NCBI RefSeq assembly: GCF_037042905.1
Contig: NC_087245.1
Coordinates: 22,570,001-22,634,000 of the forward strand
Origin: Lytechinus pictus
Taxonomy: Eukaryota
Reading direction: 5' to 3'
Length of the DNA: 64,000 bases
Shown piece after piece: positions 12,064 to 25,921 of the stretch (positions within the stretch are counted from its first letter, which is position 1; each line of letters opens with the position of its first letter). The notes under the pieces are model-generated. The model searched no databases and was not told the origin of the DNA. It worked only from the letters and a program-made list of their open reading frames with translations. The position numbers and the translations under genes were made by a program.

Positions 12064-13590
12064 TACGCGATCGAGCTTACTTCCGCATTACTGATGAATA
12101 TTCATCACATGGCTGTTAAGGTTAGTCTTTTAAATGTAATTTTATTTTTTATTTTTTAAATAAGTGTTTAATTTATAATCTTTTTTTACATTGTAATGCA
12201 TTAGTATATATTTAAAAAAAGGGAAAAACATTGTGTTGATAAATAATTTGAATTTAGTGATAAATTAAGAAATTGCAAGTGTAATATTTGTTATATATAT
12301 AAATGAGAGCCTAGAAACAAGTCGAAACGTAACGAAAGTTATTTTTTATTTCCCTATTTGAATATTCATTACGCACGTGTACACTTTGGTGTTTTCTTGT
12401 TTACTTTTTTTCCTGAGCTCGCCGGGCCGAGAGCAGATTGATTTTCCCCTCACATTCGTACTTTCCCCATGTAAAGTAATCGAAGTATACATCATAGAGA
12501 TATATACCAAACTAGTAATATCTCTATGGAGTATAGTATACATGTACACACTTCGTTATGCTTATGCTATAAAATGATAATTTTTCGATTTATCTGAGGC
12601 TCTTTTTAGATTTTATCAGAAATAAATAAATAATAAAAAAAACATGGCTGTCGACAAAAGTTTCCACTTGAGTGAGCACTAAAGGTAACTTTTGAAAATT
12701 CCGTCCAAAAGTAACTTGCTCAAAAATGGTTGAGGGTTGCCAGAAAAGTGGACGTAGAGCATTAAAAAGAATATGACTTGAATATTTTTTTCTTCTTTTC
12801 CTTGTAATCTTTGTCATTATACCCCACACTTCTTCTTCAGCCCTACCAAGGAGATTTTTTTGCCCTCGGGGGGCGGATCCATGCAGGGGAACCCGGATTT
12901 TTTTCAGCCACATTCTCCCCGATCGGCCGCTCGAAGTTGATTATGTTTGTTTCTTTAAAGGGGTAGTCCTAATAGTCACTTCTAAGCTTTATTCTTATAA
13001 ATCATGCATAAATATATAATAATCTCATAAGTCTTATTTAAATAGTGCGAGCGCGAAGCGCGAGCTTTTTTTTAATGTATTTTGTCCTAAAATTTAAACA
13101 GCCTGGGCAATGTTAGTGATCCTTAAATGAGATGTGTATCCAACTCTGGATCCAACTAAATAATTACTGCGAGCGCGAAGCGCGAGCAGAAATTTTTAAT
13201 ATACGTTTTGATCTGATAAAAAAGGATCTGTTAACAGCTGCTTGCAGTTAGCTATGAAGATGTTTCAACAGTGTATTTTAACAATCAAATAATGCGAGCG
13301 CGAAGCGCGACCTGAAAATGTTGACATTCTACCTGAAGAATGGAAATTCTAAGTATTTTTTTGTAATCGTAAAAAGGATAATTACATAATTAAACAATGA
13401 TGCGAGCGCGAAGCACGAGCCTAAAATTCGAGATTTACCTCTAAAAATGGGACACACTATATATGTTTTTGTAAATCATGAAAAGGATGAGTAATAGGAA
13501 ATCTTCCAACATTAATAATGCGAGCGCAAAACGCTAGCAGAAAACTTTTGATATTGTGATCTGAAACTGGATAATAATTTAAATAGCTAG

Positions 13591-15965
13591 AGACAATGAC
13601 AATGACAATTAATGACAATGACATTTATTCCCATGTCACCCATAGAGTGGGTATTGGAGAAACAATCATGCAAATGCACAAAATCATCAATGGTATTTCA
13701 TCAAGTAATTTACAAATCATTTAGAGTACATTTTAGAAAAATTCAATAAAAAACTACAAAATTTAACATTAAAAATAATTTGATAATTACGGTTGAAATA
13801 GTACCCTGAAGCTTCAAAAATATAATCAAAATTTACATATGATTAAAAAAAAAACGAAAAATCCATTACGAAACTTTGTGTTTAAAAATGGATCTCCTCT
13901 GACACCCCAATTTCAAATTCCAAGCTACTTTCACTCGCCCCCCCCCATCCCAATATCAACAAGGAATGGTTATCCTTAAGTAAACAACCACGCACTCTCC
14001 CAGCTAATCCACCTTCCCCTAGGGAGAAGTGACCTTCATAAGGCCTGGAAGAGAGAGAGAGAGAGAGGGAGTTAACTGGGGGTGATTTTTTAAAAACTTA
14101 TTGTTATTTCGGCAATTGTGGGTCATTTTGCATTGTTCAAAATTTCAGTTCGATCTCCATCTAAATTTTGAATCGTTTTTAGACATGCTAATGTCCTAAA
14201 ACAAATAGAATACAAATATATTCTTTCAAGATTACTGTCAGCCAGGAAGCTCTGAAGAGTTTGTTTATACTATTACGTAACAAGGACAGCTGTAATCCCA
14301 CTCCATGCCGTTCATCAGCCTGATGTGGTGGCATGCACAGTGTTTTATCAGCTCTTATCAGCAGCTGCAGTCACTCGACCCCACCCCAGTTTAAACGAGA
14401 GAAATGAAACTTTCCCAAAAACTGAAAGTGGGGTGTCAATACCCCACTTGAGCTCCCATTGACTAACACGCAAGACATTATCAGCAGTCAGATGAACCCC
14501 ACCCCAGTTTAAACGAGAGAAATGAAGCTCTCCCAAAATCTGAAATTGGGGTTTCAAATACCCCACCTGAGCTCCCATTGACACAACACGCAAGGCAATG
14601 GAGTTCCTGTGTTATAAGCTGGTGGGGTATTTTTTAAACACAAGATTCGCGTAATGCAAAGTAACGACATCATCACATCGTTGGCTATTAAACCACAGTT
14701 TAAAAAGCTCAAAATATTATATTTCGAGCATAGCAAAGTTTGGAAAGTTTGATAATTAGGCCTACAGTTGAGATAATCATAATGGATTCATGCCCTGAAG
14801 CTTAAAAAACCCAGCTTTTAAAAATTATAATTAGTATATACATTTGTCTAATAGAAGGCAAGTAATGGCATCAGCATATCATTGGCTGTTATGCCACTAT
14901 TCAATTAACAGCTCAAAATATTGAATTTCGAGCATAACTTATTTAGAAACGAAGCATAAATTTCTTGCAAAATTTTACAAGGTTGGAACGGATTTCTGGT
15001 TTTTCACAATTAAATGGCTGATTCATTTTGAGTGTACTCGGTCTTTCAGTGTAACTTTTTTCTTTAGCAAAAGAAGGACAAACGAATAGATAGTGAAATT
15101 CATCACCAATTGATTGAAGGTTGCATAATGTACAAAGCCTCATGTTTCTTCGACGGTTTTCATATTTTCCTGAGGCAATAGGAAGTCGATGATTTCCACA
15201 ACGAAATCTACAAAAAGGGATTCTATCTTTTGTATTCATATTGATGAGGTAACTTTCTAGACGAAGATTTTCTTTGAATATTAGTAGTTAACACACTGAG
15301 AATTTTCGTATATTAAAGGTCAAGTCCATCCCAGAAAAATGTTAAAATAGAGAAAAATCAAACTAGCATAACACTGAAAATTTCATCAAAATCGGATGTA
15401 ATAAGAAAGTTATGACATTTTAAAGTTTCGCTTATTTTTCACAAAACATTCATGTGCACAACTCAGTGACATGCAAATTACACCGTTGATGATGTCCCTC
15501 ACTCACTATTTCTTTTGTTTTTTATTGTTTGAATAATACAATATTTCATTTTTTTACAGATTTGACAATAAAAGACTAAATTTACTGAACAATATAGAAT
15601 TAAACAAAGCTTATTCCACATGTTCAGGGAGGAATGAATTAATCTTTGTTTCACTTGAAAATATGGAGAATATCAGAATATTTCATAAATATAATAAAAT
15701 ACAAAAGAAATAGTGAGTGGATGACGTCATCGGTTCCCTCATTTGCATACCGACCAGGATGTGCATATAACTTTTTTGTGAAATTAAGTGAAACTTTAAA
15801 ATGTCACAACTTTCTAATTTTACATCCGATTTTGATGAAATTTTCACTGTTATGTTTGTTGGATTTTTCTCCTTTTTTATTCAAATCAACGTTTTGTTGG
15901 GGTGGACTTGTCCTTGAACGTAAACCAATTTTGCAACTGTGAATCCTTTATTCGCGGATCTACAG
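13591..15965 (-). mobile_element. 5'-truncated non-LTR retrotransposon (RTE-X-like) fragment
   Basis: Minus-strand C-terminal ORF2 peptide ...IFKENLRLESYLINMNTKDRIPFCRFRCGNHRLPIASGKY...LCTLCNLQSIGDEFHYLFVCPSF (zinc-knuckle) ending at 14943; upstream frame continues across the insertion at 15317-15914; AATAAA plus (ATTGTC)n tail at 13591-13630. That the tail belongs to the same copy is inferred. Confidence 0.7.
15317..15914. mobile_element. Kolobok-like MITE inserted in the LINE fragment
   Basis: TTAA|AGGTCAAGTCCA ... TGGACTTGTCCT|TGAA; same family as 24002-26227. Confidence 0.8.
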
Positions 15966-18900
15966 CTTGTTTTACCCAATATCTGCTCGAGAAATCAGAA
16001 ATGTCAAATGAACTCGTCATACCCATTTATCTTCGTTAACCAACTTGTCTGATATACACCTTGATCAGAAAGTATATGTACAATCTCGTAAATCATACCA
16101 GACATTTTTGTTTTACTATTATGAACTAATCCATGCGTATATACACATGTACGCGCGTGTTTCAGATTTCGACCTATATATAATCTGGGCATTCTAAATG
16201 CCTTTTTTTATCATGAAAATCAAAGCGAGCGCAAGATATTTGATATTCCGATCTGAAAATTGTGAGGTAGATATGGATCGCATATAGAGCCGATATTTTT
16301 CATTATTATTACTTTGAGTTTTGACATATATAGGACCGGGAGATTCTAAGGAAAATATGTCATCATAATTATGAAAATGATGACTATCTCCCTATTTCTC
16401 TTCCTAAGCGCGATATGAAACTTGACGATATTCCATTCTGAAAAAGGGACAATTTGATTATCAAATTAATATCTTATTCATTAATCTAATAAGCCTAATG
16501 AGAGCGCGAAATCTGTTAATATTATGGCCTGAAAACTGGACGTCTAAAGCAATTTCGTGATATAGGATGCATGAGTTAATATGTTTCAACAATCAATGCG
16601 AGCCGAAATTTTGGATAAACTGTCATGAAATTGGGATTTTAAGTAGTTTGTTGAAGAATTGATATTGAGATATACATAACTCACTAATCAAAAGCGAGCG
16701 TGCGGCGCTAGCTGATACGTTTTGACAATCTGACCTGAAAAGGAATATTTTGAGAACTTTATGGGATACAGGAAAATAAAGGAACCTGACATATCAAATT
16801 TTGCGAGCGCGCAGCGCAGGCAGAAAAAGTCAGACCATAAACCAAAAATTTTTACAGAGCAATATGTAAAAATAAATTTGTAAATCAAACAAAATAATGG
16901 AAGTTCGATTTCCGAGCTGAAATATCTTTTGTGTATTAACAAAATTTGATATTTTAAGCTCCATGTTGAGCAAGATATGTAAATCACCTAAAAGGCATTG
17001 CGAGCGCGAAGCGCGAGCAAAAATTTCATATAGTGACATGAAAGATTTTTTGTATTATGTCCGAGTCTTTAATTCCCCTCATCTTATTTTATTCACTCGT
17101 CTTAATTCCTCCTCTTATATTTCTCCTTCTTTTTTCTCCTCTCTTTTCCCTTCTTTTTCTTTTTTTTATTTCTCCCCCCCCCCTTTTTTTTTGCTCCGCC
17201 AATAGGGGGCCCGGCCCCTCGGGCCCCCTGCATCCGCCTATGCTATACTATCCCTCAATCCGACCCCATTTCCCCATAATCCGCGAAAAACTCGCCTTGA
17301 TTTTTTTCCTGTTGCTCCTTGAAATTAGGAGAGAAATAATATAGAGTATTGCACTGACGTGAAGTTTGGGAGGGAGTGGGCGGAAAAAAACCCGGAGAAA
17401 ATAAAGAAAAAGGGTAAAATATTATCTCAAAAGATATCACAAAATTAGATTTTATTTCGAGGGTAACAAAAAAAGTCGCTCGCTTCGCTAGCGAGCAACT
17501 TTTATGTCCTGAGCTCCAGCTGGCACAAACATTCGCCATCAAAAGCACTTATTTAACTCGGGCTATTAAAAGAGCTGCAATATCTGTTTCATTTTCATCG
17601 ACACTGAAATCTGAGAAAACTATAAACACGTAATTTATATAGGCAGATCCAGCCTAGGGACCACACAAAGTGCCCCCCCCCCGCATTAGAGATGCAAAAA
17701 CGGGGAAGAGAAACTAGTGAGGGATGACGAGGAGAAAAAAAAACAAGAAGAGGAAAAGTACATAGAATAAGGAAGATATTGTTTGAAATTAGAAACACCT
17801 TTAAGTTACATCAGGCTTGTAAATTGCTCTGTTTTTAGGATGAAATTTCGGGCTTATCATAAAATGAAAAAGTGTCCTCTATATTTTTCACGCTCTCTTA
17901 CTTACCTCCTCCCTCTTTTCGCATGATACATAGAAGCTTGGAGTGGCGGCCCCAGCAACCCCCCCCCCCCTGCGGCACCGCCCCTGCATTCATTAACATT
18001 TTCGTCCGACAAGTTGCCAGGTCTGACAACTTTCCTCGATTATGATTGGCCGAGAGGTACTGTTGCCATAATAACTGTCGGATAAAACGTCTGACAAGTC
18101 CTTTCATGAAACGCTCCCCTGAACCGGGCCAAGTAAATTCATGTGAAAACAAATTATTTTCCTCATTCAATCGGGAGGATTTTTTCAAAATACTACCTTG
18201 TTTACACTGTATGGGACCCGAACTTGCCTTTTGTGAGTAATATGCTGTATATGTGAAAGTCTTTTTTATTTTTAATAAAACATACATTTGAAATAAAAAA
18301 GCCACACGACAATGATCATTATGTAGTCAACTTTCTATAATAATCTACCGAATGTTACTCCATTTTGTTCAATGACCATTACTGTCCCAACCTGATACGG
18401 TTTCTTGTGATTTTTTCCGGCAGCCACATAATGATAGCATCGGCAAGGTGATAATAAAAACTCAAAAGAATACTCGATAATCTTGCTTTTCGAATATGTG
18501 ATTGTCACTTCGTTTGATGAATCTGAATGCTTTGCCGAGCCTCTTGTTTCATAATATATTATGAGCGAGCGCAGAGAGCGAGGAAAATAGGTATTAGTGT
18601 AAATTAGTCAGTCGATATCGCCACTTAAGCACAAAGAGACATTGTATGTTGTCGATACAACTAAAATTGATGTATCAACATTTTTCGATTCGGGCAGCTA
18701 TATCTGTTATTGATATACGAGCTTGCATGGTGCCTGAAACAACATCTTTTTTTTAAGTTTCCTTAATCTACCGTATAATAGACCTAGCAATGTAATGGTT
18801 ATCATATTTCTTATACCTATGATTTATCAGCATAGGAATAAAAATGGAGACAGACCTTACGTCATCCCATGAAAACACCATTGCTTTGCAGCATAAGAGC

Positions 18901-20066
18901 AAAAACAGTGCTGTTTATTCGAATAAAATAATGTATATTTATTATTGTTATATTAAAATCGATAATCAGTGTAATTATTGTTGATAGAGTGGAAGAGAAG
19001 CTGGCGTTTCCAAGTCGAGTTTTACCTCAATGCTTAATTCATTTCGGAAAATTTGCCACCGACCGGGGGGGGGGGGGGTGAGTGGTAGAATGGGATGGAA
19101 TATGTAGGCCCGAACAAAATAAGATGAACGAAAGTAAGAGAAAAGAAGTAAAATTAAGTAATTTCCACGGGCCTTCTGTGCATCATTCCTTTTCTTTTTT
19201 CTCTCTTCTTATCCTAAATTTCCTATTTTTTTCTTTGCCTCGACTACCGATGTTCCATTTCTTCTGCAATTTCTGCCAACGGCGAATGCGAAGTTGCTGT
19301 AAAAAATGAATTGTGGATCACCTCTAACACCCCTGCTGGACTAACCTGCATGCCTGTATTATAATATTTTTCAACGGGCTTTCAATATTATAGAGTCGAA
19401 AATTATACTCGACTAGCTGGTAAGGCGACGCCGACCGACCAACTTGATACCAAGATTAAGGGAGTGGAGGCATGGGGAGTGCCCCAAAGTTCACGACCAA
19501 GATTACAATTAAAGAGGAGAAAAGGGAATCAAGAAAAGGAATGTGAAAGGGTGACGATATCGATATTAGAATCTGTCAAACATTAGATTTTCATTGAAGG
19601 TCCAAATTGTTGCTCGCTCGCTTCGCTCTTTTGCACTTTAAAGAAATTTCGCCACACATAGTACCATGTTGTGTCTCCTCAACATTTTTGGCTCACCATG
19701 CACAATTTCTTGTCAGTGCCAATTAAAAAAAAGTCATTTGAATTAAAGGTGTTAATTGAGAATGTTGGCGTTGGGGTTTTCATGCCCATGTGCCCAAAGG
19801 CCCCGTGTCAATGCACCGGACTCCTCTCCTGTATAGTGTACAACCGTATACAGTCAAAGTTGTTCAAGTTTTATAAGTTCATTTTAAAAAGTGTTTATTT
19901 TCTATATATTAATTATCAATTCACTTGAATGTGCATTCATGATTTGTGTACTGAAGGTCCCCTCAGCAGCCCCACTTGTTGATCAAAGTTTCAATCAGGG
20001 TCTGTGCCTGCAGACTAGACAATGTATACGTAGGCATTTACTGTAAATGTGTACAGACAGAATACT

Positions 20067-23000
20067 CAGCGACGTAACAGGCGGGGGGGGGGGGGAGGCA
20101 GGGGGGCAAGGTGCCCCTCTGGCGGAGTTCACCGGGAAAATAAAAAAAACGGGAAAAAGAAAAAAAGGGGGAGAAAGAAAGAAAGGGAAGGGGAAAGGAA
20201 AGAAAAAAGAGGAAAGGGGGAAAAGGAAAGGGAAAGGGGAAAAGGAAAGGGAAAAGAAATCTAAGAAAAAACAAGAAAAGGGAAAACGGAAAGAAAACGG
20301 GAAAAGGAAGGAAAGAATTAAGAACATGTGAGAAAGAACAATTCTCCCCAAAATACAAATACATTAGCATGATTAGGGAAATAAATTAAAGATGACAAAA
20401 AGGCAAACAAAAGCGGGAAATGAAGGTAGAATGGAATGAGTCAAAATCTAAATTGGAAAATAAAGAAAAGGGACAAGATAACACAACCGGGCTGCATGCC
20501 GAGTACAACCGCGTAGCCAGGATTTCATTTTGGAGGGGGCGGTAAATGCACGCAAAGCGTGCCAACGCTTACAGAGCGCGCGAAGCGCGCTCCCTAGGGG
20601 GTGGGTGCAGGGAGGGGGAGTTTCATAAAGCTTTTCATAAAGCTTTTGGTGTTTCATAAATTAAAATGAAAAGGAGTCGTCTCTCTTGTCTCTAGTATCT
20701 ATATCAGCTCCAATTCAGTTGACTATATTGTGATTTTGAACCTGGTTTTCATGAACCTTGTTTTCAAAAAAGATTGTGAACGCACAAAAAAGGAATACAA
20801 TGGAGGAAATTAAAATGATAATAACCCCGCGCGAAGTGCGGAAGCTAAAGCGTTTTATCAATTTTTTGCCATGAAAAGGGTCCCGAGAAAAGGATATTCT
20901 CAAACTTATATTGAATACTTCCCTTGGAAAGATCAGATTTGATTACAAACAATTTAGCGACAGTGCATATCTTTAACTCGCAAAACAGAGGAGAAGAAGT
21001 GTATATGCCAGGAGGAAGATATTCCTCCCCGCGCAGAGCAACGAAACTCTTAAATTTCAAAGGGCGGATGTTTCATCAAAATAATGCAGATATCTCCAAT
21101 ACCCCATCGGCTCTAATTCAATTAATTTTCTAAGATTATTGAACTTCATTAAAAGGAAAATAGTGCGCAAAAAGTTGAAACTTCTGTGATTTATTGAAAT
21201 TATATAAAAAGGATGCCTAATTTCTTTGACTTATCCTGAAGCGCTTCATTTTGAATTATAAAGAAACTTAAGAGTCATTCAAAATTTCAAACTGAGGGCG
21301 AAAAACAGGACAGGAGATGAATGTACAGGGAAATGACATGAAGTTGAATAGAATTTGATAAAAAATATTGTACTTTTTTATTTAATACCCTTATACGATA
21401 CGAATTTTATACCTTCCTCTTTTTGGATTAGGAACCTGTTTGGTCCAAAAATTATGGTTGTTTAGTAATGAGCTGAAAAGCGGGAGAAGTTGACTTTAAG
21501 GAGGTGACGGCAGAAATTGATATAAAGATTTTACCCGCCCGGAGCCGACCCGACCAGAAGTTGCGCGATCAATTAAAAAAAAAAGATAACTTCATATACT
21601 TCGGCCTAACCTTACTCTAATTCCATGCCCTAATGTATACATTTGAACTTTAACTGGCAATAAACACATATAGCTGAGGTAGAAAAACAGGGTTAGAGAA
21701 AGGGTGGGGGAAACAATGGAGATCTTCAATATTTTCATTTAACCGCGCGCAGCGCGGAAGCAAAATTCATAATCATAAATTTAGAGCAAGAGTGAAGGAT
21801 TCTCTCTTTTGAGAAAAAAAAAGAATAAAAAGAAAAAAAAACCACAAAGCTACCTTTCTTCCCTTTCCTCCCTTCCCTTTTCCTTTTCTCCTCTCTTTTT
21901 TCCCTTCTTTTTTTGGGGGGGGGGACGTTTGGGGGGGGGGGCGACCGCCCCCACCGCCCCCCCTGGCTACGCGCCTGGCCGAGTATTGAAGATAATGAGC
22001 GGGAAGAAAGACGGATGGTATATAGCATAATGTCGTATGAAAGTCTATCATAAACTTGCTAAATCTCCAAAGCTACCGGGGGCTCTGTCCAAGAGTCAAG
22101 ACCCGTGCAGTGGGGGTTCATCGGTAACCTTTAAAGGGCTCTATAACGGGTCCCTATTTGGACCCTTCCTGCATTAAGCTTTGCGTTGAAGCACTAGCGT
22201 ACGGGGGGGGGGGGGTGGTTCCATGCACAGCCAAGGGGAAATAAAAGAAAATAAAGGAGGTAGCGAAATGAGATGAACGAAAAAAAATATATGACATGAT
22301 ATTTGCTATAATGATGTAAAAATCTATCACATGATTAGAATTTCATTTCAAAAGGCCATTTTTCTTTCTGGCTCGCTTCGCTAGCTGGCGACTTTTTTTT
22401 ACAAAATTTCCCACATTTGCTACGATGTGCCCCCTAAAAATATTTGGACGATAACGGTACACAACTGCATTAAATTTCTGTGTTGTGTGAAAGCTATATA
22501 AATATACACGCAATTTGATTGAAATTAGTGGCCATCTGTAAGGTTTAAAATGGCTTTAATATCAAGAAGTTCCGGGGCTCCGCCCGGACGCCACCCATAA
22601 AGCACTGTTGTATGGATGAGTTTGGACTATGGCCCCCAAAAGTTCTACAACCAAACAAAAAAAAAAGGAAGAAAGAAAGAAAAGCAAAGCAAAAGTGTAT
22701 TACATTTTTCTGAAGACCACGTCAAAATCTATCTTCATGTATAGATTCTCATGAAAATGATTTTTTTTAACTCGCTCGCTCGGGACTTATATTAAGCTAC
22801 TTCTTGCCACAAGCGCCATACTGCCCCCCCCCCGAGCATATAGAGCTTCGCCCTGATGCGCACAATCATAACAAAAATCCTGTTCACCGTGGCGTACAAA
22901 ACAAGAGATAGAGAGAGAAAAGTAACGAGAGAAGGGTGAAATATGATATTTTCCTTTTAAAATTATGTCAAAATCTATCACAAAATTGGATTTTTGCGAT

Positions 23001-23191
23001 AAAAATGTAAAAAATTTGCTCGCTCGCTCCGCTCGCTTGCATTTATATAATTTTTTGCCCGATACACCATATCGCCCCTCAAAACAATAAAAATGTTTGC
23101 CTTATATATGACGCCATTGCCTGTTCCATGATATCACCGGGAAATTTTGGGGTCTTACCCCCCCTGGCCACCGGCCCCTGTTACGCCCCTT
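20067..23191. mobile_element. hAT-like non-autonomous element with G-rich ends, hosting nested elements
   Basis: 8-bp TSD AGAATACT (20059-20066, 23192-23199); imperfect TIRs CAGCGACGTAACAGG / CCTGTTACGCCCCTT; purine-rich tract 20140-20330. Confidence 0.65.
20506..21977. mobile_element. Nested hAT-like non-autonomous element
   Basis: 8-bp TSD GCCGAGTA (20498-20505, 21978-21985); TIRs CAACCGCGTAGCCAGG / CCTGGCTACGCGCCTG. Confidence 0.8.
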
Positions 23192-24142
23192 AGAATACTA
23201 CGTTGAATGTTTCGATGATGATATTTTTATGGATCTGTTGGGATATTAAGTAATGAATTACAGTAAATATCAGTATGCGAGCGAGCGATCAAATTTTCAA
23301 TAATTGGAAGACAGAATGATGACCAAAATTGTTTTTCAAGGGGCGTGTAATTATTGGAGAAAGGCAGCGTGTGAGCGTTGTGAGTGAGCCTTGATTTGCT
23401 TCAGTCGTTTAAAATGATATGCATAATACCGAAGATGAGAAGGGTAAATTATCAATACCATAGACTTTAAATAAAGTTAAATTAGAAATAATCCGACTTT
23501 TCGATTTAAATTGTTCCATTTCATATTTAGTTATCCAAATGAATTATAACATTTTATTCCACATTGTTATATTTGTATGGATAATTGAGACCATCACTAA
23601 ACAAAATTTAGTCGGATCCGGGGCCTAATCAGTCTCGCTTCCCATAAGTGGTGCAAAAATAGGGGAGAAGGAGAAAGATTACAGAAGAAAAAAAAAGGAA
23701 GAAGAGGAGAAAGAGGAAATTTAATGGTACAATGGTGAATAAAAACGGTTGCACTTCGCTCTCACATTATTTTGATTAGGGAGACACATATTCTCGTCAT
23801 GAGTCCCTACAAACAGCATATGAAATGTCCCATTATTAGGTCATTATATACATGATATAATTATGTTTGAGAAACTCATCATCTTCTTTAGAGAAAAAAC
23901 GTGATTAAAACGTTCCATTTTCAGGTCAAAATATAATTTTCAGCTCGCATGTCGCGGTTGTATTATCTGATCGGTGAGATAATGCATATGAGTTCCTTTA
24001 AAGGACAAGTCCACCCCAACACAATGTTGATTCGAATAAAAAAAGAAAAATCCAACAAGCATAACACTGAAAAATTCTTTTAAATCGGATGTAAAATAAG
24101 AAAGGTACGGCATTTTTAAGTTTGGCATAATTTTACAAAATA

Positions 24143-25527
24143 CACACAAAAAACAGAAACTTGCATGTGTTAGTAATCGTACTCAAATGTCAAAATAATT
24201 TTGACACTATAGCGACATACTTCGATGAGTACTTTCACTCAATGAAGGTACTTTGAAAACTCATCTTGTCGAGTATATTTCATTTGACACTATAGTGACA
24301 CATCAAGTGAGTAAATTTGAATAACTCAATCTAATGAGTAACTTAACCCAGTGTAATGAGTATGTTTAAAGTATATTTACTGACTTTTTGAGTATGTGAG
24401 CATATTACACACTTGATTAGTTTTAGCGATAATCTGACGATTAACTGCGCTGAGAAAATGAGTAGTATATGACTCTTGTATGTGAGTTTTGGGGTGTTGA
24501 GATCATGCATCCAAGTAATTTTACTCGGATCTCGCGTTAATTGCTTGCGCGCACACGTGATACCGGCCAAATGTGCAGAGCATGAAGACTTTTCTGGTAA
24601 GTTCTACATGTCTTTTTATTTATTTTCCCCCTTTTCTTCTATAATTACTTTTCTTGACAATAATAGCTTAGACCTACATGTATGGGGCAAACATAAATGC
24701 TATTTATGGTGACAACAGGGTGCATTGATCTACATTCTCATCCATCCGAGGCTCACGCCTCTCGGTTTGGGTAACCACACACCAGCCTGTTGTTGCGCCG
24801 CTACCCCGGGGCCAGAAGGGAGTGAAGGCCAGTGTGCCGCTACGATTGCTGGAGTCATTTATGAGGAGGGCAAATAAGTGACATCGTCCATATCAACAGG
24901 CTGGTGTGTGGTTACCCAAACCGAGAGGCGTGAGCCTCGGATGGATGAGAATGTAGATCAATGCACCCTGTTGTCACCATAAATAGCATTTATGTTTGCC
25001 CCATACATGTAGGTCTAAGCTATTATTGTCAAGAAAAGTAATTATAGAAGAAAAGGGGGAAAATAGATAAAAAGACATGTAGAACTTACCAGAAAAGTCT
25101 TCATGCTCTGCACATTTGGCCGGTATCACGTGTGCGCGCAAGCAATTAACGCGAGATCCGAGTAAAATTACTTGGATGCATGATCTCAACACCCCAAAAC
25201 TCACATACAAGAGTCATATACTACTCATTTTCTCAGCGCAGTTAATCGTCAGATTATCGCTTTACCTGGCTGTGAGTTTTTTCACCCGTTCTGCTATCAT
25301 ACCTTACAAACTTGAAGAAAAACTCATTTGTACGGATTGTTTTACATACTTTCACTGACAGGGATACTCAAGAAAAGTAGTTAATAAGTAATGTCCTTGA
25401 AAAAAAGATCAGGTGTAACAGAAACCCAGATTCTCGAGTAAAAACACATACGTTACGAATTTTTGCACTTAATTCTTTATGTAAAAAACAATTTTACTCA
25501 TGGAAAATAGTTCTCGTTTTTTGTGTG
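24143..25527. mobile_element. CACTA/EnSpm-like non-autonomous element
   Basis: TA|CACACAAAAAAC ... GTTTTTTGTGTG|TA (CAC..GTG termini, 2-bp TSD), repeated TACTCA/TGAGTA subterminal motifs. Confidence 0.65.
24425..25261. repeat. Near-perfect inverted repeat, 368-bp arms, 101-bp spacer
   Basis: 24425-24792 is the reverse complement of 24894-25261 (one mismatch seen); the ORF track shows identical mirrored peptides 24476..24712(+) and 24974..25210(-). Confidence 0.95.
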
Positions 25528-25669
25528 TAGTATCCGGTTGGTACGCAAAACGAGGGAACTGATGACATCACTCACTCACTATTTCTTTTGTATTTTATTA
25601 TATGAAATGTTCTAATTTTCTCATCATTGTCCTTGAAACAAAGTTTTATTTCTCCCGGAACATGTGGCA

Positions 25670-25921
25670 CACTAGCGTACCTACGGGTGCAGAGGGGGCA
25701 GACTGCCCCCCCTGACGATTTTTTTTTTTTGCTTGTCAAATTTTTTTCTGGTACAAAATCCTTTTTGTGGTTTGATGACCTTTTTTTTTTTGCTTGTCAA
25801 ATTTTTGGCCGGACGAGATCCTTTATTTGTGGTTGAAGAATTTTTTTTTTTTTGCTTGTCAAATTTTTTGGCGGACGAATTTGCCCCCCCCCCCCTGTGG
25901 AAAATCCTAGGTACGCCACTG
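25670..25921. mobile_element. hAT-like MITE
   Basis: 8-bp TSD ATGTGGCA; TIRs CACTAGCGTACCTA / TAGGTACGCCACTG; three internal T-run+GCTTGTCAAA repeats. Confidence 0.8.

Larger units (their letters stand above)
12866..17242. mobile_element. Composite non-autonomous DNA transposon with GGCGGATCC/G-rich termini and spaced GCGAGCGCGAAGCGCGAGC repeats, interrupted by a LINE fragment
   Basis: Left GGGGCGGATCCATGCAGGGG versus right CCCCTGCATCCGCCTATG; motif copies at about 13046, 13168, 13293, 13401, 13519, 16694, 16802, 16999. No TSD found; ends approximate. Confidence 0.55.

Noticed and set aside
13046..13540. Repeat-spacer pattern resembling a CRISPR array
   Set aside because: Eukaryotic spliced-gene context, ~100-bp spacers, degenerate repeats, no cas genes, and the array lies inside a transposon-like element.
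19995..20370. Lys/Gly-rich and Phe/Pro-rich ORFs
   Set aside because: Translations of a purine-rich low-complexity tract within a non-autonomous transposon.
24343..25358. Pairs of identical ORFs on opposite strands
   Set aside because: A direct consequence of the inverted repeat; no recognisable protein.
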